From NCBI GenBank assembly GCA_965287045.1, contig OZ336893.1, positions 21,700,001 through 21,764,000 on the forward strand: a stretch of DNA of 64,000 nt, in the 5' to 3' direction. The translations under genes were made by a program, and so were the position numbers. Numbering within the stretch: position 1 is the stretch's first letter; every line of letters begins with the position of its first letter. Below, one piece after another: positions 46,781 through 59,039 of the stretch. The notes under the pieces were generated by a model that saw nothing but the letters and a program-made list of their open reading frames with translations, made no database searches and had not been told where the DNA came from. This stretch comes from Carcharhinus amblyrhynchos. Lineage: Eukaryota.

Positions 46781-48864
46781 ACAGAAGTAAGAGACTGATG
46801 GCAAATGGCATTGTTAGCACAGAGAGAATTCCTTGCTCCATCACACATGGGTAAAATTAGCTTGTGATTAATACATGGGGTGTGCTCAGGAAAACTGGAA
46901 GCAGCCTAGGTAGGTTGCAGGTTATTCCAACCGTGACTGAAGCGCGCCAATGGCCTGGCGTGCTTTTGTCGGGACAGACAGTGTTGGACTATTCCTGGAA
47001 GGTATTTTGTCCCAGGAGTGTTTTGTTTACTGTGGGCTCCCCGACGTGCTTCAAATTGTGGGTTTTTTTTGAGGAAAATATGGACTGAACATCACCCGCA
47101 GACTGCGCAGCACTTCCAGAAGGTGGACTGTCTCCTTAAGAGTCTGTTAAAGTGACGGAGAGCATGCTGCCATACCTTGGGGGTGTTTAAGCAGCGTTTA
47201 ATTGCCATGTGCCGGGCTTATTCATATCTTGCACCTTGCTTTATTCTTTTATGTTTAACGTGTCTAAATAGAGTGGCAGAGGGCTGGAGCGGCCGGGTTT
47301 CTGCCAGTCCCTGTCCTTTGTTAGTAAACTTTGATGTGTTTTTCCCCCTCCTGTTTTAATCAGATTAGTTCTATTTTCATGCATGGCTGAATGAGTGACA
47401 AACTGAGCTAAGTGATCTGGGAGACAAAAGATGATTATCCATATGGGTTGGAGCGGGTTGGCCCCACTCCCTAGCCCAGGGCCAACGTACCTGGGCGGGA
47501 CCTTATCAGTAGAAGGCATTTAAAAGAGCAAACAGTCATCTTCAATCAACTTTAAACTGATCTGGGTCAGCCAGGTTCACTTTGCAAATCAGAGCCCTCA
47601 TCAGAATTTGCATTCAAGATACTGCATAGAGTATTGAATTTCTTTTGTAGTTATCGGTGTGGTAACCTGTTTTCTGTCATGCAAGAACTTTCAAACACAG
47701 TGGCACTTCTTACTATTCCATAATGCACTGGTTTTAATTTAGCAGCTTTGCATATGCTTGCAAAACTCTTCCATTCCCTCACCACTACCCTGGTCAAAAC
47801 ATGTGAATCGGGGTATATTAATGGAAATATATTTTAAAATAACCATGTCCAGGTTTAGAAATAGCTGAAAAATACTCAAAAATAAATCCATTTGTTTAGT
47901 TCAAAACTGAATGCCCAACATTGTGCTGTATTAAAATAGTTTAGACTGAGAGGGGGAGGTGATAGAGATGCTGCCAAGCCCTTCCCCCTCCAACCCTACT
48001 GCAGGTGCGGCTCTTGGCTAAGATTAGGCCACTTAGCCTGAACTAGGAACTCATAACATTGTTATGGGGACTGAAATTGGAACACAGAGTGTTCATTGGC
48101 AAAAACAATGCGGTGACTCCTTTAACCAGGACTTCCATGTTCTTCCCCTTTCTAATCTATAGAAATTAAAGCATTGCCCGAACCAGCCAGGAAATAACTT
48201 GCAGCAACATGTCGCAACAAATTAAATCATACACGAGTTCACCATCCATCATTGTCCACCGGGACATTTACCGACATAACAAAATACAGAAAGTGGTTGT
48301 ATGCTTTGCATAGCTGAATGTCAAAACACGTTAGATTTCTAACTACTAGGAAGGAACCTGCAACCTGCTGTAACCACAGAGCAGGTGACTGTGATGATGA
48401 AATTGAATGCATCTGGCTGGAGGTATTTGCAACAGCTCGCAGTTTATTGTCCGTGTTTGCGCAATGAATGGCATCGAGACTCTATTTTGGATGAAAGTTA
48501 ATCACATTTCATTCTGTCATGTCAAAGACATGCAACTCTCGCCTCCTCTACAGGGGATTGCAGGGTTTCAATGACAGCACAGACAGTGCTTTGCAGGTAC
48601 CGCGTGTCAACTCTGAGTCAAATCGAAATGCAAAAGGATTCCAGCTCCCTCAGTGTCCAAGCTGGTTTGTGACAATAGGCGGCTGTGGCTGTGAACTGTG
48701 CCAGCTGCAACTCAGCCACCGTGGCAAAGCAGCGGTAGTGATTGGGTAACAAAGGCAGCCTGGTGGTGACAGGGTTGTTGGGCTCAGTTGCTCAGCCAGC
48801 ACACAAGTAGGCTGCATGAACACCATATTGTCACATGAGAACTGATAGAGCAGGCTGTTGAAAT

Positions 48865-51004
48865 GACGGAACTTAATGCCCGCCCCGGGTTTGGAAGTGG
48901 GAGGGCCATTTGACTGGGGGTGGGCATCCACCACCTTCCAACTTCCCCAGGCTGGAAGAGAACATAAGAACATAAGAAATAGGAGCAGGAGTAGGCCATC
49001 CAGCCCCTCGAGCCTGTCCCGCCATTCAATAAGATCATGGCTGATCTGTCGTGTCTCAGTTCCACATTCCCGCCCTCTCCCCGTAACCCTTAATCCCCTC
49101 TCTTATCAAAAACCAATCAACCCGCGTCTTAAAAATATTTAGCGAGGCAGCCTCCACCACTTCAACGGGCAGAAAATTCCAGGGATTCACCACCCTTTGA
49201 GTGAAGAAGTTCCTCCTCAACTCCGTTCTAAACTGCCCCCCCTTTATCCTGAGGCTGTGCCCCCTAGTCCTACTGTCCTTTGAGTGGGAAGAGTCTCTCC
49301 ACCTCTATCCTATCCATCCCATTCATCATCTTATATGTCTCAATGAGATCTCCCCTCATTCTTCTAAACTCTAACGAGTACAAGCCTAGTTTATTCAGCC
49401 TCTCCTCATAGTTCAACCCCCTCAACTCCGGAATCAGCCTAGTAAACCTCCTCTGCACTCCCTCCAGGGCCAAAATATCCTTGCGTAAGTGCGGCGCCCA
49501 AAACTGCACACAGTACTCCAGCTGCGGCCTCACCAGTGCCCTATACAGCTGCAGCAAGACCTCCCTACTTTTATATTCAATCCCCCTCGCTATGAAGGCC
49601 AGCATCCCATTCGCCTTCCTGACCACCTGCTGCACCTGTAGGCTGGGTTTTTGCGACTCATGCACAAGGACCCTGAGGTCCCTCTGCACCGTTGCATGCT
49701 GCAGTTTTTCACCACGTAAGTAATAGTCCTTCCTACCATTATTCCTACCAAAGTGGACAACCTCACATTTGCCAACATTAAATTCCATTTGCCAGTTCTT
49801 GGCCCATTCGCCCAGCCTATCTAGATCCTTCTGCAGACTCTCCACACCCTCCGCACTATTTGCCATTCCACCAATCTTGGTGTCATCAGCAAATTTCGAC
49901 ACCATACATTCGGTTCCCTCCTCCAGATCATCTATATAAATGGTAAATAGCTGAGGCCCCAGCACCAATCCCTGGGGCACTCCACTAGTCACCAAGAACA
50001 TGGCAGTCTTCCCCCCGGAGACCAACTGAGGCCCTTATGTAGCCTCTTAATGGCCTCCTTCTGCTGCCACTGGTATTCAAATAATGAAGATTGGGCTCTC
50101 CTTTAGCGTTTGCCAGTGGCCTACCGAGCTGGAGATGTCTGTCATTCCCAGGCACTCTGATCCTGCTTAAGCAACCCAGCATTGAGAAGGGGGAGGGCTT
50201 GCTGAAGTCTGCCCTCCTGTCCTTGTTTCCAGCCCTCTGCCTCCTCCAGCCCATTCTGCCCACACTTATTCTATCCAGGGGACCATTGCCAATCCTCCCT
50301 GCTTGCTCGAGTGTAGTACCCGTAGTGACCATTGTGCGTGGCGGCGCTGCTGGTACTGGACAGCTGCCAGCCTCTGGTTAGCTAGCAGTTTCTGGGGTTG
50401 GGATTTTGACCCTACTGGGGGATTACCAAGTAGATGTTCCGACACTGTCCTGGTAAGTGCCTGATTACCTGGTAATTGCTTTAGGCTTTCTAGAGAGATG
50501 GGGCTTCTACCAGTTCTCCAACTGGTGGACAAGACTCCAGCTGCATTCACTAAATTCTGGCTAATGCCACTGCTGCCTGGGCCATTCTAGAAAAGGCCTG
50601 CAGTATTTGACAGAGCAGGCCCCGCTGGAATTTCTCGCAAGCTGGCGAGAAAGTTAAAGTTGGGAATAGTCTTGGGCAGGTTGTTTCTGGTGGGCTTAGA
50701 AAGCCTGCAAAGGAAGACCCTGCCCCACCTTTCCTGAACCAGTCAGGTCAGCTAAAGCTGTTGGGTCTCCTGTGTAGCGTGGACCTCCCTTCACCCTGAG
50801 TTACATACCAGTAGGGCTGCTTTGAGGCCTGTACAGGACCATCAGATGGCCTTTTGAGAGCCCCAGGGTAGGTGGGCTGCCAGGCACCTCCCCATCCCCT
50901 GTTAAATTTCAGACAGGTTGGGGATGAATAGGAAGGCCACCTGCTGGATTTTATGTGCCCTCAACCTTCAAACTCGGCAGCAGGGGAGGAGTAAGATCTA
51001 GACC
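48865..51004. mobile_element. PIF/Harbinger-like non-autonomous element interrupted by a young CR1
   Basis: GC-rich non-coding body with ggcccttatgtagcctcttaatggcc; subterminal cccgggtttggaag / cttcaaactcgg inverted similarity. Confidence 0.4.
48958..49994 (-). mobile_element. Young CR1, 5'-truncated (~1 kb)
   Basis: ORF 49270-50025 [15 protein letters not shown]; near identical to 25325-26368; AGAACAT at both junctions. Confidence 0.96.
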
Positions 51005-51586
51005 AAAGAGCCTCGCAAGAGTGGCAGACAGAAGGAGTGAGAGGGAGAGAAGGAAAGAGAAAGAGATGAACCTGGGTGAAGAAGCAGGGACAGCATTGCT
51101 GTGAGTGCAGGATGCTGGTGAGGACATCCTGACATTTGAAGAGATGGATATAGTAAAAATTTCAAGACGGAGAAGTTGTCGAAGGGTGCGCTACTTCTGC
51201 TGGAAGTCAATTCAATTATACTGAGGAGAATTCAGTGAAAGGTCATTTAAAAGGACCTGGTGTAGCAGGGAGAAGAGAGGCTGTTAACTGGGTGAGAGGA
51301 ATTTGGGATTTAAAAAAAAGGCAGCATTTTTGCTAAGAGTGAGCTGTAATATATAAATCCTATTATGAGATCTTCAGTTGTATTAAGAAAGTATGAAGAG
51401 GTAGCTTTTTTGCAGTTTAACGTATTATTAGCTGCTGAGTAATATTTAGTCCATGTTGATCTTAGAGTTATCGTTGTAGCAGAAATCTGAGATTTGCAAT
51501 CTTGTTATGTGGTCCTTTTGAGTAGATCACTGGAAAATTCATGTCATCTTTAATAAATGATAGTCTCTCCTGGGATCTTAATAACA

Positions 51587-52125
51587 CGAGGAGGTCATTC
51601 AGCCCCTTGAACCTATTCTGCCATTCAATAAGATCCTAGCTGATCTATGACCTAACTTCATTTTGTTCTCAATCCTGAATACCTTTTATTATCAATAATC
51701 TATCAATTTCAGATTTAAAATGAATAATTGATTTAGTATCAATTGTTATTCTGGTCGAGAGTTTCAAACTTCTACCATGGTTTATAGCAGTATTCCTTAA
51801 TTTCATTCTTTTAAGAAGTCTGATAACATCAGGTTAAAGTCCAACAGGTTTATTTGGAATCACCTGATGAAGGAGCAGTGCTCCAAAAGTTCATGATTCC
51901 AAATAAACCTGTTGGACTTTAACCTGATGTTGTGAGACTTCTTAATGTGCCCACCCGAGTCCAACGTGGCATCCCTGCATCATTCTTCTAGGGCCTGGCT
52001 TTAATTTTAAGTCTCACTAACCAGTACAAATAATTTTTCTCCTTCTAACCTGTCTTTCCCTTTTGTAAACTTTCATCAAATCACCCTCTAACCTTCAAGT
52101 CCTGGGACTCTTACCCTGGTTTGTC
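51587..52125 (-). mobile_element. Old CR1 3' fragment hosting a Penelope palindrome
   Basis: gaggtcattcagccccttga...ccattcaataagatc..agctgatct; resumes after 51980. Confidence 0.65.
51812..51979. mobile_element. Penelope-derived mini-palindrome with a hammerhead relic in the loop
   Basis: Arms 51812-51862 and 51894-51944; CTGATGA at 51864 with GAAA mutated to AAAA; tcattctt on both flanks. Confidence 0.85.
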
Positions 52126-52129
52126 CTGG

Positions 52130-52960
52130 GGTGTGTGTCAGGGAGTGCTGTATCATCTGTTGGGTGCTGTGGCTGTCATGGGTGAATAGCTGGCACATTG
52201 TGTGGTGTGGAGGTGAGGCTTGCCACAGCACTAAGTGCTTGAAGTTGGAATGAAGCTGTAGTATGTCAAGTGTGAGGTATGGTTAATGGTGATAGTGGTG
52301 CAAGAGTATTGAGTGGGGCTCATGGTGCGGTTGGAGATATGGCATTTGAAGATGTTTGGAAGATCTTGGTGCTGCAACACAGGCTCCTAGTTCTTGTGGC
52401 TAGTCTCCCAACATTGACTCTAAGATTACCTGGTCTGACTGTCTTCTAGAATTAGTCTGGCCCCCTGCAGATTGATGACTTCTTTCGTCCTTGCCAGCTC
52501 CATAGCCCAGGCAGGTCTCCAGAAAATCTAGGAGTCCTATCGCGACTATGTTGTGTCAATCTTGGGTCTTTTAAAATGACTTCCAACTCCTGTCGCCTTT
52601 TTTAAGAGATGCAGGTGGCTTTAAACAACGTAGACTAATTTGAAGTCCTGCTAGCCCCTCACAGTTTTGCCCCTTTGGTCAGGTGTGCTGCAACTTAACA
52701 ACTTGTGAATCAAACTTCCGGAATTGCAAAAAGTTTACAGAAGCCCGAGCGGGTATGAGAAAGGAGAGTTACATTTCAAACTTTAAAACATCCATGAGCT
52801 GTCAGATGGCAAATTAACATCATGGCACATCCAAGCCAGTTTGCACCAAATTGCAGAGAGCTATCCATGAAATTAGGAGGAGGACAAATAATTCTACGTG
52901 GGAACAGACAGGTGAACTTAGTCAGTTTTAATATCCTGGTTGGGGCAGGGGAGAGGGGGC
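52130..52960 (-). mobile_element. Possible Harbinger-type relic (Myb/SANT-like gene remnant)
   Basis: Minus-strand cctagattttct (PRFS) near 52520-52532 in a context reminiscent of Harbinger Myb-like ORFs; heavily decayed. Confidence 0.25.
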
Positions 52961-52989
52961 AGTGTTACAGCCCACTGTAATTATGAAGT

Positions 52990-54115
52990 TGAAATGAGAG
53001 ATATTCAATGGATAAACAAAGAGTGGAAGTATCAAAGGCTTTAGCATCTTTGTCAGTGGATAAAACACAGGCTGCTAATAGAAACAAGAGAGGAAATAAT
53101 GGAGCCTCTAACAATCATCTTTCAATTCTCTATGGCTATGGGCATGATGTTGGAGGGTTGTTAATGTTGTACCGTCAGTTAAAAGGAGGACAGGATCCGA
53201 GCCAGCCTGCCCACATCCTGGTGGTGGAAAAATTATTTGAAAAATATTCTGACAACTGTTGTCAGTTTCAAGGCACATTTCAATCAAGGGCAGTCAACAT
53301 GAATTTGTTCAAGAAAGGCAGGAACATGGAGACTCAGTGAGGGAAGCATATATGAACTACATAAACTTTTGCAAAGTTTTTTTACAGGATCCCACAAAGC
53401 AGATCATCAGAATAGTCAAAATGTATGGGATCTTGGCAAATGGAATATTGGATCCAAAATTGGCAGGAAAAAAAGTGTAATTAATGGTTGATCCTGTGCC
53501 TGGAAGGTTGTTATCACTGGGGCTCTGCAAAAGTTCAATTCCAGGTCCCTTGCTTTTAGTGATATAATCTGACTTAAATGTAGCAGACATGATTAAGAAA
53601 TTTGTAGATGATACAAAAATTGGCGTTATTGCATGGTTGATAAGAGAAGAAGAAAACTGTAGACTGCAGGGAGAAGCAATGGACTGGACAAATGGATAAA
53701 GAAGTGGCAGATGGAATTTGATCCCGAGAAGTATGAGGTAATCCATTTGGGGAGGACAGGCAAGGCAAAGGAATACAGTCCACAATAACGGTCAGATGCT
53801 GAGAAATGTAAATGAATTGAAGTGCACGTCCTCAGATCACTGGAGGTAGCAAGGCTGATAGATATGGTAGTTAGAAGGTATGTGGATTTCTTTCCTTTTT
53901 GTTATATAACATAGAATGTGTGAGCAGTGAAGTTAGGTTAAAACTGTTTTGGTGACCCCATTATATTAAATACCCACTGAAGAGTGCAGAAAAAATTTAG
54001 GATAGTGCTGGGGAATTTGAGTACTGTGGAAAGATTGTTTGCTTTGGGATAGAGAAGGCTGAGGGAGGATTTAACTTGGGTGCATAAAATTATGAGGGAC
54101 TTGGGTAGAGTGGGA
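52990..54115 (+). mobile_element. Highly decayed CR1 RT region
   Basis: aagaaatttgtagatgatacaaaaattggc = KKFVDDTKIG; aagtggcagatggaattt = KWQMEF; agaaggctgagggaggatttaa. Confidence 0.8.
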
Positions 54116-55004
54116 AGGTCTTTTGCTGCAGTGGGTAGTGTTCCTACCTCTTAGCCAGAAATGTCAGGCTCAATTTCCACTCCATGATTTGATGGACAAG
54201 AAAAGTGCATTCATAAAATAGGTTATAGTTTATTTATTGGTTTCACAAGTATGCTTACATTAACATTGCAATGAAGATTAACAAGACCAGTCTGCAAAGA
54301 GCAATTTGCATTTTTTTCTGTAAAATCTGGAGGAGATTCTAAGTGTTATCAAGTAGTTAAACATGGATAAGTGTGATGTCAGACAAAGAGAAATGGAGTG
54401 AAAAGATTGGAATATTTTCAAAAATGTTTCTTGGTCTTTGGATTATATTTTAAGAAAAGCATGCTTTTAACTAATCTCTAACACTTTTCTTAACAGCAGT
54501 CTGCTGGCCAGTACAACACTAAATCATGTTTGGTAAAGAATAACAGAGCTTGACTGATCATCCTGAGGTAACACTAAGAACATGAATAGCATTGCACACT
54601 TTCTCTGCAGGTCATTGAGTTGGGAAAGATGATCACAACATACTGCTATGGAGTTTTAAGGTTCTCTGGCTGCAAGGGTCCAAGAGCCAACCCACCCAAT
54701 CTTCCAGTTTCACCAAGGTTCACCCTGACATCTGTCTTTATACATGATTTGTGGAAGCAGTTTACATCTCCTTTCTTTAACCAAGAGTAAATAATGGTAT
54801 TTCTGTGGGTCTTTGAACTCCAGTGATTGATCTTCCAGGTTTCTGACAACTTATTTCCAAGAGATTTTTTTATAAAGCATTCATACAGCTGAGCTTGGGC
54901 AAAGATGCAGGGGAATACAAAACCTAGATACAGGGATAAGGTGGAACCATTGATTCACTTAACCACGTGCTAGTCCAACCATAGTATCCTTGGCCACAAT
55001 TTTC

Positions 55005-55362
55005 CATAGATTTCCATAGAATCCCTAGAGTGTAGAGGGAAGCAATTTGGCCCATTGGGTCTACACCAACGCTGAAAGGGCATCTTATCCAGACCAACCC
55101 ATCACCCTTATCTCTATAATACTGCACATTTACCACGGCTAATCCATTTAACATACACATCTTTGGACATTAAGAGGCAATATAGCATGGCCGATCCACC
55201 TAACCTGCTCACCTTTGGGCTGTGGGAGGAAACCGGAGCACTTGGAGGAAACCTACACAGACATGGGGAGAATGTGCAAACTCCAAATAGTCACCCAAGG
55301 CTGGAATTGAACCAAATCTCCAGTGCTGTAAGGCAGCAGTGCTAATCACTGTGCCACCGTGC
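55005..55362 (-). mobile_element. HE1-type V-SINE
   Basis: Full reverse-complement copy. Confidence 0.9.
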
Positions 55363-55704
55363 TTTTAAAGGTTGACAACCTCATAGGAAAGTTGCAACTC
55401 TGTGATAAGTTGTCACCTCTCTGAAAGGAATGGCACTGTTGCAGATGTATGTCACTCAACACATGTTTTAATGCTTTGATGTTCCAATTTCACTATCCCC
55501 TCTCTCAACTGCAATGAATATATTCCAGTGGTGATTTGTTGAATCACTTGACCTGTTTTGAAAGGATTGGAAAATTATATTGAAGGCTAACAGAGGAAAT
55601 TTATTGTACCCCACAAATCACTCTTCTCTTTACCAACAACTAAAAAGATGAGTTTGGAGAAGTAAAGTCCAAGTTATCCTACTGACCCAGGAAATTAACA
55701 TAAT

Positions 55705-56042
55705 TTTTATTTTATTCATTGGTCATGGGTGTTGCTGGCTGGCCAGCATTTATTGCCCAACTCTAGTCACCTTGGAAGGCAGTTGAGACTGTGGTCTGGA
55801 GTCACATGTAAGCCAGAACAGGTAAGGACAGCAGATTTCCTTCCCTGAAGGACATTAGTGAACCAGATGGAAATTTCCAGCAATGATTTCATGGTCATCA
55901 GTAGATTCTTAATTCCAGATTAATTTTAATGAATTCAAATTCCATCATCTGCTGTGACGGGATTTGAACCTGGGTCCCCAGAACATTAGCTGAGTTTCTG
56001 GATTAATAATCTAGCAATAATACCACTAGGCTGTCACCTTCC
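55705..56042 (-). mobile_element. tRNA-derived SINE family C
   Basis: Minus strand ctagtggtattatt...ggggacccaggttcaaatccc head and gggcaataaatgctggcc tail. Confidence 0.8.
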
Positions 56043-57770
56043 AGTGTGGGGGGCACAGGAGTGGGTGTGGGGTTGTGTGGAGGAAGCAAATCATATCAGC
56101 TGATAGCAGTTTTTCAAAAAATGAAAAATGACCAAATGTGTGTTCTAACTGTTTTAAGAAAGGAATTCAGCAGAAATACAAGAATGATACTCCCTGTCCA
56201 TTGTACAGCAACACTTAAGACAAGAAAATGAAGTGTTCTATACCTGGGGGTCCTTTGCAGAGGAAAACACATCAGGGGGGAACATATTGACCACCAAGCA
56301 CTCACATGTACAATATGATGATATAATATTAACAATATAAATGTGATATAAACAGTGATGGGCAAAACACCAAAAAATGGGGGTCTACAAATTTAAAAGT
56401 GGCAACAAGAATTGCAGCATTGATCCAAAGGCAAGAGGTGAAATCTGGCTCAGTGACATTGAGAACAAAGCAGTTTCACCCCACTGAACGCTGAAACTGA
56501 TCTTCATTTCATAAAGGTATTCCTATTTATAATATTCTTCCAGAGTATCGGAACTGGCTAAACGTCCATCTCATTTCGATCTTCCCAATGCTAAACCTGG
56601 GACATTAAATCTCTCAAGGGGGAGAGGTTAATCCAAATTTTCACACAGCTTTACTGAATTTATTACCAAACTCTTAGAGATTAACTTCAATCGTTTGAAC
56701 TCCTTTGTCCCCTCCATTGTCGCCAATTTGCTTGCATGCTCTTTAAACTTGTACCCATTTTGCTGCTCTTTTCGGCATTAAACATTTGAATGGAAGGGTG
56801 GCGAGAAAAAACAGTTTATACTCCAGAGTGGATCAAGCCGTGAATCCCTCTCAGGCTATTGATGGGGCAGCTGTTTGGCTCATGATCCCCTCTTAGTAAA
56901 GCCAGTTTGTGTCAAGCCTAAAACTTTTCGATTGCAGCTAATACAGCTGCCTTATTGAGACAACACTTTCATGGCTATTGGGATTAAGGGAACATGCATG
57001 ACATTTGAGTCGTGGCTTATGAATGCATCCTCATAAAAATGTTTTAGTTCCAGTGATATTTCTGAAACTCTGCTCTATTCTACCGCTTGACCAGACTAGG
57101 GAGGGGTTTTAGACCACATTTGTTTTATTGCTTTTTATTGAATGGCCTGTGTTTTATTTTGTTGAAGACTGCTTTCCTTTTTTTCCTAAAAGAACAAATA
57201 ATCCCCTTCTTTATGTGGAGAGACTTAACGAAACACAACAGAAAGAAAACAGCCTTTCAAATTTATTAGCTGATTCTTACAGTTATTACCAGCAGTAACA
57301 GCTGAAGGTTGGCGTAGCTTTTTGGGGGGGAATGCTTTTTCAGTGTATTTTCTCTCCATTATTTCCCCTTTGTATTATTTGAGACTGAGTGCGCTATACC
57401 CTGGGAGAGACGATGGGTGGGCGAATGCCGAGATCTCCATGGCCTCCAGCAGTGATGCACTTTGGCCAGCTGGTGAGAGGAGAGAGTTTTCAAAGTTCAA
57501 CCCACGATGATATCCCTTCTCCATTTATTTTCTTGTGTTTGAATTGGGGTGCCCCTTCTTTCACTAACGTTGTGTTGAGGGTCCCAGCCGAGTGGCTTAT
57601 CAGCTAGTGGAAACCTGTGCAAATATTGGTCGATGTGCCAATCTGGGATCTCTGTACCAACGTGCTGCAATGTGAGCTTTTGGTCTTTAACTCAATGGAG
57701 TCCTTTTGAAAAGTAGTCACTTATCTAATGTACATATTCTGAGTCAGAATTTTCTATAGCTTCTGTAACA

Positions 57771-58080
57771 GGGTAGGCAGTGGCATAGTGGTATTGTCAC
57801 TGCATTAGTTAAACCAGAGACCCAGGGCAAAATCTGGGACCTGGGTTCAAATCCCACTAGGGCAGATGATGAAATTTGAATTCAATAAAAAAACTGGAAT
57901 TAAAAGTCTAACCCATTTAGTTCATTAATGTCCTTTAGGAAAGGAAATCTCTCATCCTTGGTCTGGCCTACATGTGACTCCAGAACCACAGTAATGTAGA
58001 TGATTCTTGAAATGGAGGGCAGTTAGGGATAGGCAATAAATGCCAGTGATGCTTGCATTCCATGACTGAGTTAAAAATAA
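57771..58080 (+). mobile_element. tRNA-derived SINE family C
   Basis: tggcatagtggtatt A-box, gggttcaaatccc B-box, ggcaataaatgcc tail. Confidence 0.8.
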
Positions 58081-58367
58081 ATTCATACAGGTTTCAGGAT
58101 AGGCATTTTCTGTTCTGTGGCCACCATTCCATGTTATAAAAAATCCACAGACTCTCTGTAACACAGCATAAGTACTTCTTCAGAATTAAAATTTAGTTAG
58201 ACAATTAACGGTATATTTTTGTTCTATTTAACCTGATGTGAAAGTTGTGGCTGGTGCAGAGCAACAATCTTGCCCAGACATGGAAGTATCTTCAATGAGC
58301 GCATGCATGTACCACGGTCACTGTTCCCCCTGGTTTGGTACTTGATGTCATTGCTCAAAATCTATCT

Positions 58368-58688
58368 GTAGGGATAGCTCAGTGGTATTATCACTGGACT
58401 ATTAATGTTCTGGGGACCTGAGTTTGAATCCCGCCATGGCAGGTTGTGGAATTTGAATTTGATAAAAAAATCTCGGATTAAGAATCTACTGATGATCACA
58501 AAACCATTGTGGATTGTCGGAAAAACTCATCTGGTTCACTACTGTCCTTTAGGGAAGGAATTCTGCTGTCTTCACTCCAGAGCCACAGTAATGTGGCTGA
58601 CTCTCAACTACCGTCAGGCAGCTAGGGAAGGGCAATAAATGCTGCCCAGTCAGCGATGCCCATGTCCCAAGAATGAATAGAAGAAAAA
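58368..58688 (+). mobile_element. tRNA-derived SINE family C
   Basis: tagctcagtggtatt...gagtttgaatccc...gggcaataaatgctg. Confidence 0.8.
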
Positions 58689-58917
58689 TGGAACCAACAC
58701 TGTCAGTGCCATTGAAGGAACAGCGCTGCAATACAGCTGCTAGAATAGCCAACAGGATCCAGCTGAGCGTGTCACCAAATGGTAACCAGGAGTAGGAATC
58801 CTGATCGAGTTTATTTTACTTTTCCAGAAAGTTCTGAAAGCATTCTTATTGCATTTATCGGTTAACCGAACACAGTCCAGGGAATCAGCCAGAACAATCC
58901 TGTGCTAGTGAAACATT

Positions 58918-59039
58918 GGGCAGGAATTTCCCATCCCGCCTGCCGAGGGAATCATAGTGAGGGAGACACGGACCATGCAAAGCTCCATTGATCTCAGGCA
59001 GGATGTTCCAGTCTTGGGTCGGGCTGAAAAATCCGGCCC
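58918..59039. mobile_element. PIF/Harbinger-like MITE, 122 bp
   Basis: TIRs gggcaggaatttc / gaaaaatccggccc, ATT at 58915-58917 and 59040-59042. Confidence 0.8.

Noticed and set aside
48554-48596. Possible 43-nt plus-strand exon (ctcctctacag|...CAG|gtacc)
   Set aside because: Weak donor, no recognisable protein, expected by chance in 64 kb.
51005-51585. Possible LTR fragment
   Set aside because: Only a TAACA-like end and purine-rich composition; no matching start or TSD.
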